A stretch of 63,100 nucleotides of DNA, counting the filler, from Reticulomyxa filosa (lineage: Eukaryota > Protista > Foraminifera), in assembly GCA_000512085.1 (NCBI GenBank). It is 15 parts of 15 records of this genome, joined end to end, with 100 filler letters (N's around TTAATTAATTAA, not from the genome) between each part and the next. Parts side by side here need not be neighbours in the genome. Positions count along the whole stretch, not along the records: positions 13,452 to 15,110 come from ASPP01020245.1; positions 15,211 to 18,336 come from ASPP01016216.1; positions 18,437 to 20,020 come from ASPP01014759.1; positions 20,121 to 23,409 come from ASPP01035160.1; positions 23,510 to 27,579 come from ASPP01026295.1; 10 more parts are not named here. One strand, given 5' to 3'. This document shows, piece by piece, positions 14,423 through 25,139 of this stretch (positions within the stretch are counted from its first letter, which is position 1; every line of letters starts with the position of its first letter). Position numbers and translations under genes: made by a program. The notes beneath the pieces were generated by a model, which had not been told where the DNA came from, ran no database searches, and saw nothing but the letters and a program-made list of their open reading frames with translations.

Positions 14423-15110
14423 TGTTATTGTTGTCACTGTTATCATCGTTATCACTCTTCTCATTATTGTTATCACTATCGTGATGCTGTTCTTTTTTTT
14501 CAAAGACTGATGGCAACTCCAATTGAAAATACAAACTCGATTTATTTGGAAGATATTCAGTTTTACTTTCCGTCATATCAATGCCATCACTTTTTTTCAG
14601 TGGTGTGATTGGCTCAGTTATAAGAGGTTCATTACTGCCATCCCCATGTTGTTCACCTGCTGTCATCTTCCCATTTTTTTTGTTTCTAACATATTATTCA
14701 AAGCATTTTTTACGTGTGTATATGTATAATGTATATTGACTTTACTATTTGGAGAAGAAAAAACAAAACAAAACAAAACAAAACAAACTTGTCAGAGTTC
14801 ATGTGCAGCAAAGTGAAATAGACATCTGGCTTATCAACAATGACACCATTGGTAAGTACAGACTGTGTCAAGTGAGGCTCGTCGAAACGTATCAAAGCCA
14901 GGTCTTTTTCTGACAATATGTGATTTGTGAATTCATGTGATACTATTTTCAAAAATTGCAACAAGTCGGATTGGATACATTCATCTCCCATTTGTTGTGT
15001 CGATAGTCGCGGAGCTACACTTACTATGTGTTTCAACACTACCAATGGTTCTGCTTCATTCATCCCTGTTCTCGATGAATTGCTCTATGTTTATTTTAGA
15101 TTGCTTTAAA
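13502..15110 (-). CDS. Hypothetical protein, internal multi-exon fragment with a poly-Asn tract
   Basis: A chain of coding-like minus-strand exons (ORFs 14710-15063, 14280-14666, 14062-14316, 13502-14050) separated by low-complexity introns. No family recognised. Confidence 0.5.
14344..14420. repeat. (ATT/AAT)n microsatellite, encoding poly-Asn on the minus strand
   Basis: About 25 perfect ATT triplets. The flanks read SDNNNN...NDNDEKEGEQLYQQ, with a frame slip at one edge of the tract. Confidence 0.95.
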
Positions 15111-15210
15111 NNNNNNNNNNNNNNNNNNNNNNNNNNNNNNNNNNNNNNNNNNNNTTAATTAATTAANNNNNNNNNNNNNNNNNNNNNNNNNNNNNNNNNN
15201 NNNNNNNNNN

Positions 15211-15531
15211 TTTTTTGATGTTTGTGTTATACTTTGTTAAACCTGGTTAAAAACGTTTTAAGCTGTAAACAACTTTTTTTTTGTCTCTTTTCATACCATA
15301 TTTCTTCGTTATACACTCGTCCAAGTTCTTTTGTTGGGTCGAGTTTTGCGGCGCAAACCATTTGTCCTTCATACTGTCTTTCCAATTCTTCCCTCCAAAC
15401 CAAAACTCTATTATCTCCTGAACTCGGCCCAACTCATTCGTATCATTGAACTCATTGCCTAAATTTGACTTGGATGTTTCCGTATATGTATCAAGATAAT
15501 TTTCGAGGTCTTCAATGAGTTTCAATGTCAT
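15211..15531 (-). CDS. DUF924-family protein, 5' part (truncated by the contig end)
   Basis: QEIIEFWFG...KWF.....LDECITKKY matches the DUF924 N-terminal pattern (VLDFWF...WF....FD..I...F). A GTATGA intron donor follows. Confidence 0.7.
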
Positions 15532-15897
15532 GTTTTCGAATTATTTGGAGTCCCCCCCCCAAAACTTGTTTTTTTATCTTTTTGTTGTGCAGATGCTTTT
15601 TTAATTTGCAACTGCATCTTCTAGATTAAAAACTATCAGTTTAGGCCATTTGTCTGGCACCACTTTTCATTCCTCCAGAATAGGGCTGATCAATTTTTCA
15701 TTTTTTTTCCAGTGCATTAATTTGGTTGTGTTATTTTAGACACGAATTTTTTGGTTCTTTTTTGACAAAGATTGAAAAAACAAGCGTGTTAAATTTAGGA
15801 TGAAAACACAGATATGGAAAATGTACCACCTCAGTGTTTTTTTTCTTTCCCTCGTTAAAAAAAAAGGAGATAAAGGACATATCTTTTGCGTTGTCCA

Positions 15898-18142
15898 ATG
15901 TCTCAAACCCCTAGCACATCGATGGAAGAGAAAAATGATTCATTCAATATTTCAGATACATCTCCATCATTGATAGAAGAAGATGGCCTACATAGAAAAC
16001 AGAAAAAGACAAAGCTAAAAAAAGAAAAAGGCAACAAAGTGAGCATTGAAAAAACGGCAAAAAACGACAGATGTTCTTGCACGTTCAGTGAGTTGGAAAA
16101 GTGGGGTTCACTCTCTGGACACTTTTGAAACGAGTAATTTGAGAAGCAAGAAGGCCAAATCCACTACGAACAAAAGCTCGAACAAAGAAAAGAAGAGTTT
16201 TGAAAGCAGAACAACAAACAATGTCACACAAGAGGACAACTTTAAGCCTGGTCCAAGGTTGGCAAGGAGCAAGACGTTTTCAGCCCACGCCAGTGATAAT
16301 GACGAGAATGGTATTACATATTTTGTATCTCATTAAAAACATATTATGTTATTATTAATAGCATCGTTGGAAAAAAAGGGGGGGGGGATGTAGGAGGGAA
16401 AAAAAATTTTTAGGCCCTTTTTTTTTAAAAAAAAAAAGAAAAAATGTTGAAACAGATTTCAAAATGTTCGCTGGCGATTGGATTGACAGCAAAGGTCAAC
16501 TAGTGAAAATATCCCTTTGGGGAGTCATTCGATACCCGGAGAATCATAAGCTTCGCTTTGAAGCGGAGCGTATATCCCCAAACCAATTTCAAGTAACATT
16601 TGACAAAGACCCCACCAAAAAAAAGTTTGTTGGAACACTGAGCAGTGATTGCAACACATTGACTTGGTGTAATGACACACAATGGCACCGCAAAGGTAAA
16701 TCCGACCTCTTGCTCATTTGCAAAAAAAAGGGTGATTTTTTTTTAGCTACTTCAAAAAAAAGTGATGTTCCGCAACAACGACAAACAAAGATAGAAAAAA
16801 AAAACACACAAAATCCCTTTTCTTCATCTTTTGTGAAAACAGATACCCCTTCAACTCCTGGTGAACATGATAACACACCTGATACACCTCATAGCTCTAG
16901 ACTACGAGGTGAAACGTGTCTTCTCATGTGAATTTTGATAATGTGAGCTCATATATTACCACAATTTTGACTGAACAAAAAAAAAAGGTGATTTCCAAAC
17001 GACAGCTGCTCAAAGTAACTCTCAAACTAAAAAATTGTTTTTTCTCTCAGATGTATTGTTTTTGTGATTGTACGTGTTCACAATGTTAGAGAGAGTCGAC
17101 TTTGAACTTGTTTTGTTTTTTTTGTTCAATTTATGTAGCAAAATTTATGTCGATTGAAACTCTGAAAGAAAATTCTTTTTTTTTTTTGAAGAAGAAGAAA
17201 AAAAAACTAAATACTGAACTTGAATTACCAAGTTCAATTTTTATTTTGTCGTCAATGCAAGGCTATACGGAGAAAGTCAGGGAGTTGTGGGATCACAACA
17301 CAACATTTGCCAATTTATGGTTCAATGTTTTGTCGTCTTTTTGTAACGTAATCCAGATCCTGACCGTTAGCGTGTTGTTGGGTGAGCAATCTGTCAAGTA
17401 TATTCTTTGGGATGTAGTAAAGGTGTCCAAATTGGTACAAAAAAAAAAAAAAAAAAAATGTGGAAATATATAAAATATAGGTTATTACCATGAGCATATC
17501 ACCGCGCAGTACTTGTGGTGGCCAATTTTGGAAAGCATTCGACTGTTTTTGTTGACGCTGGCACGTGTGGACGTGATTTTGAAAGAGCCTCAATACTTGG
17601 CGTCAGTGGCATCGAATGATAGCAACAGCAGCAACACGAACGAAGCGGATAACCGAAACAATGAAGCAAGAGGAGAAGGGGAGCAAACGCGTCGACTGAT
17701 AGTGGCATGCAACGTCAGTGGGGTGGTGAACCTAGGCATTGGCTTGCCATTGTTTTTATTGATGCTGAACAGGGACAAACAAAACCCTCTTTACACCACA
17801 TCGCTGACCATTTTCCCGTTGTTCTTGTTGCTTCGTATCATACTGAGCGTGCCAATGATTGTGGCGGTCATTTGGAAAACCCCTTTTTACCGATCTTATA
17901 ATGGGAACAATTATGAGCGCATCATCGACTCCACTTTAACCACACATCATTCGCCTGTCGATAAACAAAGCTATTACCGAAACATCTTTTGCCATTTCTC
18001 TGTTTTTGTGTGTGTGTGTGTTTTGTTGTCATGTCTTTTATTTACTGCGGTCTATCACATTTGGAACACAGGCCCGTTGTCCAGCATACGAGAAATTCCT
18101 GCAAATCTGCCTCTGCGTGGTTATGTTTTGCCCTACTCATAA
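15898..18142 (+). CDS. Hypothetical multi-pass membrane protein (multi-exon, 3' incomplete)
   Basis: K/S-rich N-terminal exons, a small beta-rich domain (FAGDWIDSKGQLVKI...FVGTLSSDCNTLTWCNDTQWHR), then several hydrophobic segments (LWFNVLSSFCNVIQILTVSVLLG; GVVNLGIGLPLFLLML; IFPLFLLLRIILSVPMIVAVIW). Confidence 0.55.
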
Positions 18143-18295
18143 TTGTGCCCATATATATTTATTTTATAATCTATGTGTATACATATTATATATATATACA
18201 TTTATAATTATATATGCATATTTTTTTTTTTTTTTTTTTTTTTTGGATACGTTAATGTTTGGTCTTCTTTTTTTAAATTGTAAAATTGGAATGAA

Positions 18296-18298
18296 ATA

Positions 18299-18336
<38 letters not shown>
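18296..18336. repeat. (TAA)n microsatellite at the contig end
   Basis: Perfect TAA run leading up to the spacer. Confidence 0.9.
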
Positions 18337-18457
18337 NNNNNNNNNNNNNNNNNNNNNNNNNNNNNNNNNNNNNNNNNNNNTTAATTAATTAANNNNNNNN
18401 NNNNNNNNNNNNNNNNNNNNNNNNNNNNNNNNNNNNAAAAAAAAAAAAAAAAAAAAG

Positions 18458-18825
18458 GTTCCCGTCGCATGGAAGTTCGTGCGTTTCATTGCGCGGAGAA
18501 AGGTACGCATCACTGGTGTGCGGTGATTTGCCCGGCACGTGCATCGAAGGGATGTGCGGTGGATTGGCTTCGCAAAAGATTGAATTGTGAAAGTGGTGAG
18601 TCGTTTGTTGTTTGTGGGGACAGCAACAGCGACATATCCATGCTAACGCTGCCCAAATATCACGCCGTCCTTGTTCAGAATTGCTGTCGTGAATTGCAAG
18701 ACTACTATCAGGTACATGAGGAGTTAAAAGGCTCTTTTCTTTTCCTTGCTGATCACAGTCGGACACAAGGGGTCATTCAGGGATTGCAACATTTCACTCG
18801 TTCCATGTTTCAATCTTCAAAATAA
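18458..18825 (+). CDS. HAD-superfamily subclass IIB hydrolase, sucrose-phosphate-phosphatase-like; last exon only
   Basis: ASKGCAVDWL (motif III Lys), VVCGDSNSDISML (motif IV GDxxxD), AVLVQNCCREL and GVIQGLQHF parallel the S6PP C-terminus. A poly-A...AG acceptor precedes it. Confidence 0.75.
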
Positions 18826-19183
18826 CCTGTTTTTTTTTCTTGCATGCGCTTACCTCTTTCTCTCTTCCGTTCATATGTCATATTCGTACATTGTTGATCA
18901 TTGGAAAATTCCACTTATCATCTTTTTTTAAAAAACATTTCCTCGAAAATGTTCAAATATAAGATCCAATTACAATTCAAATGATTCTTTTTATAAAAGT
19001 ATGCAAATAAATTTTTGGTTAACCAATTATTAGTACCGAGTTAAATTTCAAAGGCTCTTACTGTGATAGAAAGTTATACTTTAAGGAGTACCTTAAACGA
19101 AAGGGGTCGTACATAATTATTGTATTTCAAAAAAACTCGTACATTGGCTTGTTATCATAATCTTCCCCTGTTGTTTGCAGAAG

Positions 19184-19978
19184 ATGACTTCAAACGTATC
19201 AGAAACTCAAATATGTGAAGCTCTGAAGCTTTTATTTCCGGCAATGGTAGAAAATTCGGAAGCGAGTGCGTTTACAGACTTTGAAAATGTAGACAGCATG
19301 TACGAAGCAAAGACAGTGACATTTTCGCAGTACCAAAACATTGTGACACTATGGTGGAAGCAGACATTGAAACTTGCGACGAAAGAGCAAATAAATACAG
19401 ATAACAGAAGATCAATAGATCGTTTTTTCCCGCAGCAATTGGAGAAAAGACCGCAGTTGGTGTTGTATACAGAGCAGAAAGACGAGAAGGACGAGAAGAA
19501 TGAGGCAAATGATAGCAAAGATGAAAAGCAAAAAGAGAAAGAAGAGCAATTCGAGACAGTGGAATCATTGGAATCATATCTTGGAATTTATCAGCCAAAA
19601 AACGGAACTTGCGGATTGGTTGCGGCGCTGCACGCATGGTATTTGTATTACAGTTACATATTGAACCCGCCAACGGCACGAAGAGATGCGAGCAAGATAA
19701 CGCACGAAGAGATATTGGCCCTAGTGATCCACCACCTGTTAGTCAAGTGCGCAACCACGCATGTCCCCGTCACCGCCGTCACAAAGCCTACAAATGAATC
19801 CAAAGGCCAAGCCAAGTCGGGTATCACTAAGTCAGTCGATGGCGTGTGGAAGTGTCCACAATGCGCTCATGAAAATCCAGCCGAACATGTTTTTTGTGGA
19901 GAATGTTTTTTCGATCCTGAACACGTTGAAAAAAAGCCGGATCAAAGAGGAGAACAACAACAACAAGAAGCATCAAAG
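19184..19978 (+). CDS. MINDY-3/4-type deubiquitinase (DUF4205) with a RanBP2/NZF zinc finger; 5' part
   Basis: WWKQTL followed by LGIYQPKNGTCGLVAALHAWYL matches the MINDY-3/4 catalytic segment (G.vQ.kgGPCGVlAavQ). WKCPQCAHENPAEHVFCGECF is an NZF finger. Confidence 0.7.
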
Positions 19979-20120
19979 GTATATTGCATTTTTTAAAACA
20001 AAATACTTTTTTTTTTTTTTNNNNNNNNNNNNNNNNNNNNNNNNNNNNNNNNNNNNNNNNNNNNTTAATTAATTAANNNNNNNNNNNNNNNNNNNNNNNN
20101 NNNNNNNNNNNNNNNNNNNN

Positions 20121-23100
20121 TTTGAACAAATGGGTCTATCGAGTGTTTCCAATGTGTGAAACAATGAAAGAGTATATTTGGCCTTTCGGTCAATTGAACC
20201 TTTTGGATGAAAAGAAATACATTTGGGCAATGACCAAACAAATGAAAGAAAAATTTGAATCAACAAGTCTCGCTTACAAAGAAATTGAGCAATGGGAAAC
20301 AGTAATTGCAGAAAGCATTTCCAAATCGCAAGAGTTTTTACGTCCAACACTAGCCAATGAAGCAATTATCTCTTTGCGTGATGCAAGTAGGTGTTTGAAG
20401 TTTTTCCATTGGTTGATGCAACATCGACATGAAGGTATAACAGTGAAAGGACAACCAATATCATGGATAGAAAGAGCATTAAACATTGCGTTGAGCTTAA
20501 GTTATTATTTTCGGTTGGACGAAGCACAGCGAAAAAAGTATAGCCAAGTCATGTCCTCTTCAAAAATACCTTGGTTTTCAGACATGGTGAATGAAGAAAT
20601 TACCCTTTTATCAGAGTCCTTTCAAAAGCCAGCTCAAGTTGCATTTCATAAGATTTTAAAAGAAAATTTGTTTGTGTTATTTTTTTGCATTGTTACGGAA
20701 ACTCCAATGATATTGGTTGGAGAGCCTGGCACTTCCAAAACCTTATCTTTGCGGATCGTGCTCGACACGTTATCATACCACAATATCAACGACTTTCATC
20801 AAAAATTAAAGAACAATCATTTCCTATTTCGCGTGAAGCCGTTGCATTGTTTGTCATTCCAAGGCACGAGAGATTGCAAGCCAAGTGCAATTGAAGAAAT
20901 ATGGCAGCAAGCCGAAAGGTACAGTAGTGACAAAACAATGACGACAATGTTGTTGTTCGATGAAATAGGTTTGGCAGAGCAATCACAGTTCAACCCTTTG
21001 AAAATATTGCATCACTTGTTGGAACACCCAAAAATCGCCTTTGTTGGTATTTCCAATTGGACTTTGGATGCCGCAAAGATGAATCGCATGATAATCCATT
21101 CTATACCCAATATGAGTAGTAAGGACTTAGAAAACACTGTCAAGTTCATGTTTAAGAAAAACGTACCAGCGCACATTGCAAAAAATATCGAAAACACAGT
21201 CAAAATTTACGAGCAAATTATCCAGGACACAACAGACGCATTCAAACCCAACGGCAACAAACACTTTTTTGGGGCACGCGATTTTTACTCACTAGCTGGA
21301 CATCAGGTCGTCGTTTTGTCTCAACCAGCAGATACAAAATCCTTGGAAGGATATCTTCGCAATTTTGGCGGCTTTGCAGAAACAAAATCGAGAGAACGAT
21401 TGCAAAAGATTTTTGTGAACATATTACGCTTACAAGATGATGAATTGAACAAACAGTTCAAACTCTGGACCCCCGTGCGTTGTGTCCAAAGTAACCTCAC
21501 AAGAAAGACAATCACAAATAATGATTCGTTACAAATTCACCGACATTGTATGATTATCAGTGACGAAAATTACTCTTGGCAGTCGCTTTTGGACTATGGA
21601 GTTTTAAATTACAAACACATCTTTTTGTTTGGAAGTTGTTTTCCACATGACACATATTCCAACATTGCCAATTACAGTTATTTGAACAAAATCATTGATT
21701 GCATGGACACTGGCAAAACTGTCATTTTAAACAATCTTGACAACATTTACGAAAGTTTGTATGACATGTTGAACCAAAGATATCAACAAAGGCCCTCTGG
21801 TTTGTTTTTTCTTGTTTTACAATCTTTTTTTTATAACAACAATCGTTAAGACAGAAGTAAAAAAAAAAGGTGACAATTATTGTCGAGTGGCCCTGGGAAC
21901 AGAAAGCCGAGATTGTCGTGTTGACCCCAATTTCAGATGTATTGTAGTCGTCAACAAGCAGGATGCATACAGCCCAAATATGCCAACAGCATTTCTCAGC
22001 CGTTTCGAAAAGCAATTCATATCATATCGTAATGTCCTGCCAGCTAATATCGAAAAATATCATTATTTAGCTGAGAATATGTTGCGCAGAAATTTTGGAA
22101 ACCTGTCGAAATTATTTTGTGGATATCATAAAGACACAATCTATTCAGCGTTGTTGTGTTTGGCCGTGCAAAAAGCGACGGAACCTCAAGACAGCAAAGA
22201 CGATGAGCAAACAGAAACGCCCAGTTTAGAAGATGTAAATTTTGACAAAGCACAATTGGAAGAGAAGCTATTGGATTTGTTCCGGCCCTTATGTCGGCCT
22301 GAAGAAATTGTCAGAAGGAAAATTGATGAAGACGTGCAGTTTCATTCATTGGTTAAAAAAAAAAAAATGGTTTAGCCCCTTTTAAAGGTTGAGAGGGGAA
22401 CTATATGTGAAAAAATATTGTGCACATATATTTATATATAAAGGAAAAAATGATAACCGACCAGCAAAAGAGTGCGAAAGATCAAATGTTGATGGTGATA
22501 ACAAATGACGTGGAATGCAACATTCCTTTGGAATGGGACCATTGCACAAAAAAAATTGGGTCGTTCAAGAAAGTGAGCGAATTTGAAAAAAAAGTGAAAG
22601 ATTTTTTTAGCAATACGCAAGTGAATAAGGTATTAATTTTGCAACATAGCTACGCGTCCAACACCGAGAATCTATTGGAACAAGTGATTATCATCCTCCA
22701 GATCGAACATAATCTGTTTTACAGAGTTGCAGATAATCAGAATGCAAATAAATTGATTGTTTTGCTTATTCACAATCAGGAGTCATACTTTCCTTTGATA
22801 TTTAGACGGTTTATATACACATATATATATATATTTACACAGTGTATGGATAAAAGAAAAAGCAAATATTTTTAGGTACATCATATCATATATCCTAAAT
22901 GATTGAAACAATAGGAAGTGGAAACTCGTTTACATTGATCATTTGCTATCAACAAAGTCGATATCATCGAAAGATTTGACGAATTCAGTGGCGGACACAA
23001 TCAATAAACAGTGCAAATCAAATTTGGTTGGCTGTGCATGTAGGGCTTTCGGGAAGCTGCATTTTCCACGTTCAATGGACTGTTTAAACGAAAAAAAGAG

Positions 23101-23353
23101 GCTGTCGGATTTGTTTGAGAAAGAGGAATTCAAGGGATGTGAGGCAATTATAGAAGAGCGATTGAAGATCCTTTTGCCGAAAGCGACGCGAAAGCGATCG
23201 ATTGAAGAGATTCTACGTGATTTGTCATTTCAAAATGATAAGAAAGAAGCGAAAGGGCCATTTTTTGAAAAATACCAAAGTATCGTCGACGCGTTGCTAA
23301 TCTTGACTTTTGTTAATATATTGTTGGTCATTTATGAAAATGGTGGTTTCAAA
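20121..23353 (+). CDS. RNF213/mysterin-like giant AAA+ ATPase, paralog A (internal fragment)
   Basis: ENLFVLFFCI...ILVGEPGTSKTLS (Walker A), LLFDEIGLAEQSQFNPLKILHHLLE (Walker B), VGISNWTLDAAKMNR, FFGARDFYSL, RNFGG, LYDMLNQRY, CRVDPNFRCIVV and FLSRFEK are all RNF213 dynein-like core motifs, in the expected order. Confidence 0.88.
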
Positions 23354-25139
23354 GTTTTGCCAAACTTTTGTTTATATGTTTATTGTTTTACAAAAAAAAA
23401 AAAAAAAAANNNNNNNNNNNNNNNNNNNNNNNNNNNNNNNNNNNNNNNNNNNNTTAATTAATTAANNNNNNNNNNNNNNNNNNNNNNNNNNNNNNNNNNN
23501 NNNNNNNNNTTTTTTTTTTTAAAAAAAAATTTTTTTTTTTTTTTTTTTTTTTTGTACCAAAATTGTTTATAAAAATGCTATTGATTGTTGCTGACTTTTA
23601 CACAAACTATCTATACAGTGCGATGACATCAAGGAAATCATCAAATGTCGAAATCCGAATATTTACTGTAAATTGAAGCCGACAGTTTATCTTTGCGTTT
23701 TTTGACAAGAGAGGCTAGGTTTGCAACACTTTCTTTCCACTGTTTAAGCAATATAATAAATATACACCAAATAGTTATACGGGCTTAAACACAGTGTTGT
23801 GCTGGTGTCGTGGCTGTGTGCGCTGGCTGGTGCGATTGGCGCGGGTGTTCTCGTGTCATCATTTGTAAACCTTGACAGATTGGGTGTTTTTTAAACCACA
23901 TGGTTTTTTATTTTTTTTATTTTTTTTCCCTTTATCTCATTTTAGTGTATTTTATTTCGTTTATTGTATGATCGATGGTCAAATCCCGTTTTTTTTGAAT
24001 GGCCACGCAAAATGAAATAACTTTCACAACTTTGTCGAACGCGTTCCCAAAAAAAAAAAGTCCTATTACTTCTAACAAAACAATTCAATTATATCTATAT
24101 TGCTTCTTTATGACCTTTAAAATTTTTTTGAGCGTTTAAAAAGAAAAAAGGTATGGTCTGCTACTTTAGAGGATTGAAGATTTAGCGCTATTTTTAAAAA
24201 TTTGTACACACGCCAAATCTAACTATTTATTTCATTGTTTTTTTCCTACTAGTTGAAAACAAATTAAGAGCAAAAATAAAAAGTACAATTACATTATACA
24301 CAAACATCAGGAATGTCTTATACTCTGACTATTTAATTTCTTTTAATTTGATTTTGTTGCTTATTTTTGTATTCTTTGTTTCAGAATAAACTGAAAAGTA
24401 ATAAATTGAATACGTTGCACATTTGTTACGAATGTTTTGAAATAGTTATAGTACAAAGTTGATTTGTTTTGCTAATGAAAATATATTATCTATTTTTGTC
24501 ATCAAACAACAAAAATATGATGTAGCATATTCGCATCAAATAGAAAAATTTCAATTGTTCTGTTTTTAAAAGAATTTCTTTTACAGAACAAGCATTCAAA
24601 AAAACGTTGATATGTAATTGTAGTTTGCGCAACTGACAGGCTTTCAATTAAAGTCATCAACAGTTATATATATACTGTCGACATGATATTGCAAGTTTCA
24701 TGCAGTATAAGGTGCTGTTGGTATGTTGGTGAGAATGCGCACAAGTCTCAGGCACTATAAATACGATTGTATATATGCAATACTGTTATTGCAAATGATC
24801 TCCATGGCGTAATTTGATATTTGACTGCTAACAGTCATTAGTATCCAGAGTCAAAATAACGTTTAAACACTCAGTTATATCTTAGTATTTATTAATTTTT
24901 CTCTTTTTATGTTTGTTATAGAACAATATATCGTCTTATTTTTTTAAAAAAATTTACCGATGATATCTAAATTTTTAAAAAATTGATCATTTTTTTATGT
25001 TTTTTGGAAAATATTGCTTAACTTTTTAAAACCCACGCATAAGTCCCACAAAGACAATTTTGAAAAAGTAATTGGGTTCAAACATAAAAGGTCTCTCTTT
25101 TCTTTTTTTTGGAGGTGAAAAAGTTCATAAGCAATTAAA

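Noticed and set aside
14266-14608. Poly-Ile and poly-Leu ORFs
   Set aside because: These are alternate-frame readings of the (ATT)n microsatellite. The coherent frame is poly-Asn on the minus strand.
15898-18825. Possible fusion of the contig-4 membrane protein with the S6PP-like exon on the same strand
   Set aside because: A spacer separates them, and the N-terminal HAD DxD motif is not visible, so the fusion cannot be supported.
2632-23353. Apparent ubiquitin-system cluster (USP32, MINDY-NZF, RNF213-like)
   Set aside because: The genes sit on separate contigs joined artificially, so the sequence gives no evidence of linkage.
23640-23905. GC-richer patch that may be a short minus-strand gene ending ...WKESVANLASLVKKRKDKLSASIYSKYSDFDI
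   Set aside because: I could not build a consistent start and splice model, and there is no recognisable family.
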